Below are positions 8,512 through 16,522 of a stretch of DNA of 30,790 bases, in pieces (positions within the stretch are counted from its first letter, which is position 1; each line of letters starts with the position of its first letter). This DNA comes from an uncultured Candidatus Poseidoniales archaeon (lineage in GTDB: Archaea; Thermoplasmatota; Poseidoniia; Poseidoniales; Thalassarchaeaceae), in contig CAXEIX010000001.1 in the NCBI GenBank assembly GCA_963996605.1, positions 1 to 30,790 of the forward strand, read 5' to 3'. Position numbers and translations under genes: made by a program. The notes under the pieces were generated by a model. The model was given only the letters and a program-made list of their open reading frames with translations. It did not search any database and was not told the DNA's origin.

Positions 8512-10830
8512 ATGTCCGGGGAAGCGAATACAGGTTTCGATATCCGTAGGCTCGCATCCAGGATAGAGTCCGGAGCGCCGAGCGCGGTCCTTTTCTCACT
8601 AGCCATTTCCGTGGTACTGGTAACTGCGGGGATAATCTACGTCCTTGTGGTCAGAGCTGCGCCTTTCTACTCTGCTTTCGGTTGCGGAGCCGATGTCTTC
8701 AGCCCCCCTGACGATTGGTCCGATTCAGTGAAAGAAGATCTATGGGATTCGGCAAACTATAGTGACGGCTCCATCATGGACCCCCTATGGCTAGACTCAA
8801 CATGCATCGTATCATACGATAACGAATCAATGATCGGGCTCGATGAGCCACTGATAGTTTTCGAAAGAGACAGAGACTCGCTGGGAAATCCACTGGAAGA
8901 TCCAGAAGGACACCTCGGTTACTCCGGTAACTGGACCGTTCATCCGAATAGGCAGTATATCTGGGCATACCTCGATGAAAATCCCGAGGACAACTACTCT
9001 GTTGCGGAAGGGGAGTCTCTGAAGGATGCCCAGATACCACTGGGGTTGATGATAGAAACAAATCCCCAGACCAATAGGGCTAACGAGGGTGCACTGATAC
9101 TCCACAAGTCGGATCCCGACCTCAAGAGAGACTGGTTCGTGATCACTTGGGCGATGAGTAACAGATCACAAGTAGACGTAGACGGGGATGGCAAACCCAA
9201 TATCGGGGTGGATGAGAGGGGTACGGACCTAGATACCGACATAGATAACGACGGATTTGACAATGATCGTGACGATGATATGGACAACGACGGGATACCA
9301 AACGCTTTCGATCCGGATGAGCGGATCCCTAATGTCGACTTTTTCGGCCTATTCCTTGGCTTATTGACCATAATTTTCGTGATTATGAATGTCTTCGCAC
9401 CTATGTGGTTGTCCAGGTTCGAGGATGAAGTCATCGACTCCACTATATCCCCATTGAACTCATTCTCAGTAGTAATTCTGACAATCTCCTCCATCGGGCT
9501 AATCTACCCGATGTCCCAATCCTTCATCTCGTACCTCCTACTAGCAACGATACTGTTGGCCATAATCCTCGCATGGTCCTCCAAGATAACACCACTCGGG
9601 TCGATTGCAGCAGCATTCGCACTACTGTGGCTTTCCATATTGCCAACCCACGCGATTCAAACAGGCCACCTGATGGCCCTAGGCCTCTCCCTTCTGCTAC
9701 TCCAAGTGACGATGTCTGATACGAGGAACCGAGTAAAACCAGACTCAACTCCCCTGGTAATTTCATTTCCGCTATGCAGAGACAGTTGGTCCCCAATTTC
9801 AGAAAGATCCTTCGGAGACAATGCATCACAGAGAGCTCGTAACATCGCCAGGTTGGGGATACTCCCATTGGCACCCTTGCTGGATTTTTCCCGCAGCCTC
9901 AGGAAATTCGCTACCCCTCGCTCGTCTTTTCTGGACAGGGACTTCAAATCTCTTCTTTGGGTAGTCGCCACAGTAGCCTTGGTTTTATCCTTCTTGGATC
10001 TCGTAGCAAGGATTGACGGGAGCATTGGGGAATTCCTGACCCAGACACTGTGGCGAACTGACATTAGGACGGTATCAATAGTCACCGTCTCAGAGAATTT
10101 GTCCATTGGCGTGAACGCACTATTGCGGACAACCCTACAAGTTGCACTTGGAGCCCTAGTGATCGCAATTCCCCTTGGCCTAGGGACTGCGATATACCTG
10201 TCCGAATATGCAGATCCAAGAACTTCAAACCTAGTTAAGCCAACCCTCGAGATCCTAGCAGGAATCCCCTCCGTCGTCTACGGCTTCTTCGCATTCGTGG
10301 TAATTTCCCCGATAGTGATGGATGTAGGCTCGCAACTTGTAGAATGGGGGTGGATGGCCGACGAGCCCCAACAGTTCAACCCTATCAACGGGGCCATAGT
10401 GGTCGGAATCATGATCACGCCTCTAATCGCCAGCCTATCGGAGGATGCACTCAGATCTGTTCCAAATAGCCTCAGAGAGGCATCATACGCTCTAGGGGCG
10501 ACTCCGGTCGAAACCACCTTCAGAGTGGTAATCCCATCAGGACTCTCGGGAATCCTTGCTTCGATTATATTGGCATTCTCCAGAGCTATCGGGGAAACAA
10601 TGGCCGTAACTATCTCCGTGGGGACAGCCGCATACTACACAAGAAACATGTTTCTGAGTTCTCAGACAATGACTGCGTACATTGCAAAGAAAATCCAGGG
10701 GGACCTTCCCGCGGGAACTTCTGCATACTACTCAATGTTCGCAGTCGGACTGTATCTGTTCATAATTACTCTAGGGTTGAATATGGTCGGCCAGAGAATA
10801 ATGCATCGCTTCAGGGAGGCATACGAATGA
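8512..10830 (+). CDS. pstC: Phosphate ABC transporter permease PstC with large N-terminal extracellular and membrane insertion
   Basis: The C-terminal ~240 aa carry PstC motifs (GTAIYLSEYA, KPTLEILAGIPSVVYGFFA, REASYALGAT, SRAIGETMAV). Total length 772 aa. Confidence 0.92.
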   Translation: MSGEANTGFDIRRLASRIESGAPSAVLFSLAISVVLVTAGIIYVLVVRAAPFYSAFGCGADVFSPPDDWSDSVKEDLWDSANYSDGSIMDPLWLDSTCIVSYDNESMIGLDEPLIVFERDRDSLGNPLEDPEGHLGYSGNWTVHPNRQYIWAYLDENPEDNYSVAEGESLKDAQIPLGLMIETNPQTNRANEGALILHKSDPDLKRDWFVITWAMSNRSQVDVDGDGKPNIGVDERGTDLDTDIDNDGFDNDRDDDMDNDGIPNAFDPDERIPNVDFFGLFLGLLTIIFVIMNVFAPMWLSRFEDEVIDSTISPLNSFSVVILTISSIGLIYPMSQSFISYLLLATILLAIILAWSSKITPLGSIAAAFALLWLSILPTHAIQTGHLMALGLSLLLLQVTMSDTRNRVKPDSTPLVISFPLCRDSWSPISERSFGDNASQRARNIARLGILPLAPLLDFSRSLRKFATPRSSFLDRDFKSLLWVVATVALVLSFLDLVARIDGSIGEFLTQTLWRTDIRTVSIVTVSENLSIGVNALLRTTLQVALGALVIAIPLGLGTAIYLSEYADPRTSNLVKPTLEILAGIPSVVYGFFAFVVISPIVMDVGSQLVEWGWMADEPQQFNPINGAIVVGIMITPLIASLSEDALRSVPNSLREASYALGATPVETTFRVVIPSGLSGILASIILAFSRAIGETMAVTISVGTAAYYTRNMFLSSQTMTAYIAKKIQGDLPAGTSAYYSMFAVGLYLFIITLGLNMVGQRIMHRFREAYE

Positions 10831-13800
10831 ATGGAGAAAACCACGGTTTCAGCCTTTTCGGGGTTAAATCGTTGCCTCAGAAGTCTCGAAAGAAAAGAGA
10901 TAGAATAGCGAATGCTGGAAAAGCAACGTTCATCCTGATTGCTCTGACCTGTGCAATCATACTATTCACAATGGTGTCTAGGATATACTCTGAAGCATAT
11001 GTCCCTTCGGAAGAAACCGAGGTTAGCGGAATAGGTGCCAATAAGCCCCTGTCCGAGACAGTAAAGTCTTGGAACGTAGAGACGTGGAACGAGGACTGGT
11101 CAGTCGACGATCCCCGAAGAGAAAGGACAAACGTCACCCTAAGGGCCGAGTGGACGGAGGTCAAGTACGAGGCTTACAACCAAAACGGGGTATTGGGAAT
11201 AACATTCGATCGATACGAAGACATCCAGAGATATCTTTGCGATGAAGGGATTATGGCGGACTCATTCGCCCCGTACGAGTCCTGGAAACCCAAGCACCTT
11301 CTCCCGGGACAAGACAGAGAACCCGCGTCGTACGATCCAATCTCTGACCAATTCTTCGACATTTTCCTTCGGGACACCCCCCCTACCGCTGGAATTGGAG
11401 ACTTCTGGATAGACTCCTCGGATGGAAACATTGCTCACATCTGGAAGGGGCTAAGGTGGGAAGAATTAGACCCACAGTCTTCGATGCTCTCCGAGATTTC
11501 CCAGAGACATCCTTACGATGAGGGGTCCCGGGATCCAATATGGTCCGATCAGAAAATCCGCGTTTACTACAGCCCAATAGAACCGCTGTTTAAGTCGTCG
11601 GGAGACATTTGGATTGTCACAGACGAGTCCGGGGACAGAATCGATTTCAGAACCTACAATTACACACTTTGGAAGGAAAACCGCTACACATCAGGTTGGG
11701 GCTGGGAAAATGGCAGCCTGGAAGAATTACCAAGCATCCTCCCCTTGCCGGAAGAACTGAATGAAGAAATCCACCCAGAATTCTGCTCAAGAGCAGAAGT
11801 GGCCGTCTTCATCCAAAGAAATGGACTCACCGGGTCTTACGAGATTTACCACATTTCCCATGATGACGGATACTCTTTCCGAGTGAAGCCGGGATCCACC
11901 AAGGCCATTCACAATGACCTGGAAATAGTCCTGTCCAATCACTGCGAAGGGTCTTTCCACAGCTCAGGGATCAGAGCAGACTTTTCTATACCTGAAGGAG
12001 ATTTCTGGTACAATATCTCTTCATTTCCTCCAAATTACGGGGGAGCGGGTCACGTAGGTGAAGGGGACTATTGGGTCGATTCCGATTCTTCCAGCAGCAA
12101 GGCATACCGTTTTGAAAACGGATCTTGGAAGGCCGACTATACGATTTCCCCGCTCATATACCCGTGCGATAGAATGACTCTAATGATTAGGGGTGACGGA
12201 GAGTTCTCGTATGGCAACATGACTCAATGGAACAAATATGGAGTCAGACAAGACTCCAGCTTCTTCTACGACCAGGAACCGAATGAAATCCAAACAATCA
12301 CCCTTCATCCTGCCCAGATAGGCCAATCAGGCTTGGGATCATTGTGGTTGGAGCACACAATGAATTACACCGTAACCTTCACTCAATTAGAAGGCCCTCC
12401 ATCCGATGCCAGGGACGGCTCATACAAGGAGGTCGACGACTTCATCCTCGGTCCGATGGGCGATTGGCTGAACTCTAGAATCTTCAATGACGGGGACCAG
12501 GATAACGACGGAATTTACGATGTCTGTGATGGTGACATAGACGGGGACAACAGCAAGAACCCAATAATGGGCGGAGACCAAGGCGACCCCGAGTCATTGG
12601 AAAGGGCCCTGAGCCAATGTCCCCAAGCCGTGCCTATGGTCCTAGAAGATGGCCAGATCAACGAAGAATGGATGATCGACACAAATTCTGATGGAGTCCA
12701 TGACGACACCGAGGACGATGACATAGACGGGGACGGGGTGAAGAACCTAGTCGATGGCCAAGGACACAATCTAGCATCACTAACAGATAGCGCAAGATGG
12801 GGGTGGCCCGAAGAGGGAATGACATCCTCGGAGGCGATTGAATTCTACCAATCACTCGACCCATCCTCTCCGGACAAAGGCCTAGAGTCCCTGATAGGGA
12901 TCTGGGAGGACGCCAGAGACTCCGAAGAAAGGATGTGCGATGAGTCATACAAGAACAAGTTCCCATCACTTGCAAAGGATGACTGTAGACGCTCTACAGA
13001 GTTCAACGCTAACCCCCCAATGGATGCAGACGAGTGGTGCGAAGGGGCAATGACGCTATTGCAACCAAGAGTCTGGTCTTCCTACTGCGGCATCTCGACA
13101 TCTTTAGAGACGGGTATCGATGAATATCAGGATCCCTTTCCGCTGGAAGAGATATTTGCATACGCGTTGCTCATTGCAGCCTTCTTGCTGATGCTTTTCC
13201 CCGGGGTGGTGGTCCTCCCTGCAAGCAACTTCCTGAGGAGGTTCGATGGCGATATTATAGAGACAAATCCCACGTGGTCCAGAATAGTCTACCTGTCAGA
13301 ACTCATAGGGCGCCTAGTCTCACTTGCTATGAGATCAATATTGCTGATCGTCGGTGCTTTCATTCTGTCACAAACACTGGCATCGCCGATAGCAATCATG
13401 ATCTTCGTATTCACCATCGGAATCTCACTAACATTGATGTCAGGGCTGGCCGTATTAACCTCAATATCATCAATCATCAAACTCAGGCCAGAAGATGGAG
13501 TTAGGCCGTCCGAAGGGGCGGTAGAGGGGACCTTCCTCCTTCTAACATTGATTACATGGTTAGTTGTAGCTGATTGGGTCATCGATCGCGGAATCCTGTC
13601 CGGGTCAATCTGCCTACTCCTAGCACTGTCTGCAACAAAAAGGATGGCTGCCGGTGCATCGCAACTGACTCGAAGCCAGAATATCAACTCCGACAGGGTC
13701 AAGAGGGTTGTGATGGGCAGAGACGGTTGGATAATCGTTGCCTCAGTCTTCCTCATCGTGGGCTTCTTTACTATCCCATTCGAGGTAGTCAACTCCTTCA

Positions 13801-14681
13801 TTTTCTCAAATTTCCCCTCACAGCAACCATACCGGGCGGGATTGAGGGCCGCTTTCTGGGGGAGCGTGTACGTTGTGGGTTACACAATGATATTCGCCAT
13901 CCCCGTTTCCATAGGGGGGGCAATCTGGCTGGAAGAGTACGCTCCAAGGGGGAAACTTCAGTCCGGGATACAGACCCTGATAACCAACCTAGCCGGAGTC
14001 CCTGCCGTAGTCTTCGGTTTGTTCGGCCTTGCACTATGCTCCTCAGATCGAGGATTCGGAATGGGCCTAGGGGGGACCATCCTCACCGCGGGAGTGACAA
14101 TGGCGACAATGGCAATGCCAACCATAGTTATTGCAAGCCAAGAGGCACTCCGAGCAGTCCCTCCATCATTGAGAGAGGGAGCATTCGGAATCGGTTGCAC
14201 GAAGTGGCAAGTGGTCAAGGACCACGTCCTCCCACACTCAATGCCGGGAATGATGACTGGCACCATACTTGCAATGTCCAGAATTATGGGCGAGGCAGCA
14301 CCTCTGATACTAGTAGGTGCGGTGACCTCAGTCTTCCAGGAACCAGACCCGCTCTACTACGTAGACTATACCTGGCTCCCCACCATCGATGGATTCTTCC
14401 AATGGGTGCCGGGCTTGGAGTCTAGGGTATCAGAGATGCCTATGTGGGCAGATAGGCCAATCATGACTGCAGACCCAACTTCTTTCACAACCTGGGGTTC
14501 GAACCCCGGTGGAAAATACACCGTCCTACCGGTCCAGGTATACACTTGGACCGATCAGCCAGAGGAGGGATTCAAGGTCGCGGCCGCAGGTGCATCACTG
14601 GTGCTTTTGGGAACGTTGGTCATGGTCAACTCCGTGGCAATCCTCGTCAGGGCGCACTTCAGGAGATTCTCACAGGCTTAA
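10827..14681 (+). CDS. pstA: Phosphate ABC transporter permease PstA with ~730 aa extracellular insertion
   Basis: ATGA overlap with pstC. The C-terminal part has PstA motifs (AIWLEEYA, NLAGVPAVVFGLFG, SLREGAFGIGCTKWQVV, SRIMGEAAPL, TVLPVQVYTW). Total length 1284 aa. Confidence 0.92.
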   Translation: MNGENHGFSLFGVKSLPQKSRKKRDRIANAGKATFILIALTCAIILFTMVSRIYSEAYVPSEETEVSGIGANKPLSETVKSWNVETWNEDWSVDDPRRERTNVTLRAEWTEVKYEAYNQNGVLGITFDRYEDIQRYLCDEGIMADSFAPYESWKPKHLLPGQDREPASYDPISDQFFDIFLRDTPPTAGIGDFWIDSSDGNIAHIWKGLRWEELDPQSSMLSEISQRHPYDEGSRDPIWSDQKIRVYYSPIEPLFKSSGDIWIVTDESGDRIDFRTYNYTLWKENRYTSGWGWENGSLEELPSILPLPEELNEEIHPEFCSRAEVAVFIQRNGLTGSYEIYHISHDDGYSFRVKPGSTKAIHNDLEIVLSNHCEGSFHSSGIRADFSIPEGDFWYNISSFPPNYGGAGHVGEGDYWVDSDSSSSKAYRFENGSWKADYTISPLIYPCDRMTLMIRGDGEFSYGNMTQWNKYGVRQDSSFFYDQEPNEIQTITLHPAQIGQSGLGSLWLEHTMNYTVTFTQLEGPPSDARDGSYKEVDDFILGPMGDWLNSRIFNDGDQDNDGIYDVCDGDIDGDNSKNPIMGGDQGDPESLERALSQCPQAVPMVLEDGQINEEWMIDTNSDGVHDDTEDDDIDGDGVKNLVDGQGHNLASLTDSARWGWPEEGMTSSEAIEFYQSLDPSSPDKGLESLIGIWEDARDSEERMCDESYKNKFPSLAKDDCRRSTEFNANPPMDADEWCEGAMTLLQPRVWSSYCGISTSLETGIDEYQDPFPLEEIFAYALLIAAFLLMLFPGVVVLPASNFLRRFDGDIIETNPTWSRIVYLSELIGRLVSLAMRSILLIVGAFILSQTLASPIAIMIFVFTIGISLTLMSGLAVLTSISSIIKLRPEDGVRPSEGAVEGTFLLLTLITWLVVADWVIDRGILSGSICLLLALSATKRMAAGASQLTRSQNINSDRVKRVVMGRDGWIIVASVFLIVGFFTIPFEVVNSFIFSNFPSQQPYRAGLRAAFWGSVYVVGYTMIFAIPVSIGGAIWLEEYAPRGKLQSGIQTLITNLAGVPAVVFGLFGLALCSSDRGFGMGLGGTILTAGVTMATMAMPTIVIASQEALRAVPPSLREGAFGIGCTKWQVVKDHVLPHSMPGMMTGTILAMSRIMGEAAPLILVGAVTSVFQEPDPLYYVDYTWLPTIDGFFQWVPGLESRVSEMPMWADRPIMTADPTSFTTWGSNPGGKYTVLPVQVYTWTDQPEEGFKVAAAGASLVLLGTLVMVNSVAILVRAHFRRFSQA

Positions 14682-14693
14682 GGGGGAAAAATA

Positions 14694-15803
14694 ATGAAAA
14701 AAGAAAACGCAAAGAAGGAGAAAATCAGGACATCCGTCCTGGAAAAACTGAGGGAGATTATGGAATCAGACGGCGAAGTCAGCGATGAGGAGCAAGTCAG
14801 ATTCGATAGTATGGAGAGGACACTGAACGACTTATCCAGAGAACCATCGAGGAGCGAAGTCAGACTGATGCTCACCTCGATGTCCAAGGTAGACGGAGTG
14901 GCAGATTTCGCAGAGTCAGCAATCATCAAGAAATTCATGGAGTCGCTCCCTGAGGAGCCGCCGAAGGACAATGAAGGTGAGAAAGGGGATCTTCCGGATA
15001 ACATCAATCCGGACACACTCCAATCAACCAGGGAACTCCACATAGATGGCGAGGCGCAAATAGAAGTCAAGGATCTTAACCTAAGATATGGCTCAGCACA
15101 AGCTCTATTCGACGTCTCAATCCCAATAGAGAAAAACTCCGTAACCTCTCTAATCGGACCATCAGGTTGTGGGAAGTCTACATTGCTCAGATGTCTGAAT
15201 AGAATGAATGACCTAATCCCCATCTGCAACTTTGACGGTAGCATCGTTTACGATGGCGATGACATCAACAAGTCAGGCACCGACCTTGTAAGGCTAAGGA
15301 GAAAGATAGGGATGGTGTTCCAGAAGCCCAACCCATTCCCCAAATCAGTATTCGACAACGTATCATACGGGGTTCAATTACACTACAACCCCTCAAGGAG
15401 GAAGATGAACGAGATAGTCGAGAAGTCGCTCACCAGTGCCGCTCTTTGGGGAGAGGTTTCGGACCGCCTGCATGAACTAGGGACCAGCCTTTCAGGAGGC
15501 CAGCAGCAGAGGCTCTGCATAGCCAGGACCATCGCGGTCGAGCCAGACGTAATTCTGATGGACGAGCCATGCTCCGCGCTAGACCCCATAGCCACGGCCA
15601 AGATAGAGGACTTGATTACGCAGCTGAAGGAGCACTTCACAGTGGTCATTGTCACTCACTCAATGTCCCAGGCAATGCGAGTCTCGGATTACACCGCATT
15701 CATGTTCCTTGGCAGATTGATAGAGTTCGACAAGACGGAGAAGATCTTCAACAACCCGGGCAATGAGCTGACAGACCGATACATCTCGGGAAGGTTTGGC
15801 TGA
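14694..15803 (+). CDS. pstB: Phosphate ABC transporter ATPase PstB with ~120 aa N-terminal extension
   Basis: Walker [10 protein letters not shown], PstB-typical [10 protein letters not shown] and [12 protein letters not shown], signature [13 protein letters not shown], Walker [14 protein letters not shown]-terminal YISGRFG. Confidence 0.96.
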   Translation: MKKENAKKEKIRTSVLEKLREIMESDGEVSDEEQVRFDSMERTLNDLSREPSRSEVRLMLTSMSKVDGVADFAESAIIKKFMESLPEEPPKDNEGEKGDLPDNINPDTLQSTRELHIDGEAQIEVKDLNLRYGSAQALFDVSIPIEKNSVTSLIGPSGCGKSTLLRCLNRMNDLIPICNFDGSIVYDGDDINKSGTDLVRLRRKIGMVFQKPNPFPKSVFDNVSYGVQLHYNPSRRKMNEIVEKSLTSAALWGEVSDRLHELGTSLSGGQQQRLCIARTIAVEPDVILMDEPCSALDPIATAKIEDLITQLKEHFTVVIVTHSMSQAMRVSDYTAFMFLGRLIEFDKTEKIFNNPGNELTDRYISGRFG

Positions 15804-15897
15804 ATCGTGATTCGAGCACTCGGAAAGAACTCCAAAACCCCGACAAATTAGTTATATAAAATATATAGTTTACATAATAACTATAACCTGTACTGCG

Positions 15898-16191
15898 ATG
15901 GCGCTAGCGATGGCTAGCAACTCGAGGGTCTGGGCCCTGATCGGAATCTCGATCATTTCCGTAGCTTCATTGACAGTCGTGGCAACAAACTCGATCGCCA
16001 TAGAAAGGGGGGAGGTTTCGGCCCTCGGTTCAAAGGAAATCCTCTGTATCGCCGACTCATGCATGACTTCTGAGATAGTTTACATAGAGGGGGACGAAAC
16101 AACATATCTCGTATACATGCCACCAGGATTAGATTCCAACAAGAAAGTAGGAACGCAATATTACGGGCTAAAGATGAGCCTGGGGAGGTGA
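15898..16191 (+). CDS. Small hypothetical protein with N-terminal hydrophobic helix
   Basis: 97 aa with VWALIGISIISVASLTVVA. Follows an AT-rich promoter-like region (15845-15890). Confidence 0.5.
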   Translation: MALAMASNSRVWALIGISIISVASLTVVATNSIAIERGEVSALGSKEILCIADSCMTSEIVYIEGDETTYLVYMPPGLDSNKKVGTQYYGLKMSLGR

Positions 16192-16195
16192 AGAA

Positions 16196-16396
16196 ATGAA
16201 TGAAGAAGTGATGGATGTGGATTTGGATAGCGTAGAGAACTTCGCACTGCTGAGACTCAGAGTTAACGACGAGTCCTTCGCCCACATTGAGGTCAGACCC
16301 TGTTCCGGGGAAGGTGTTGTCCTGCAAATCTTCCAGATAATGGGGGACAATTCCAGAAAGGCCGTAAAATGGATTCCAAACATTCCAATTAACTAG
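16196..16396 (+). CDS. Small hypothetical protein
   Basis: 66 aa, preceded by a perfect archaeal SD GGAGGTGA that contains the stop of the upstream ORF. Confidence 0.6.
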   Translation: MNEEVMDVDLDSVENFALLRLRVNDESFAHIEVRPCSGEGVVLQIFQIMGDNSRKAVKWIPNIPIN

Positions 16397-16522
16397 GTCG
16401 GGGCAGTGTTTCCACTGGCCATAGAATATGGTAATTTTGAAACCTCTTGATTACTATTGTTCAATCTTAGATTATTTGGAAACTGGATATTCAGTGCTAT
16501 CTACGCAGGGCTTTTGAGTACT

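Noticed and set aside
14678-15244. 188 aa minus-strand ORF, plus similar antisense or alternate-frame ORFs (e.g. 454-987, 4146-4733, 6166-6825, 13574-14425, 22358-23200, 23565-24353, 26115-26792, 29604-30161)
   Set aside because: They fully overlap well-supported genes, show no motifs, and are expected shadow ORFs in GC-rich coding DNA.
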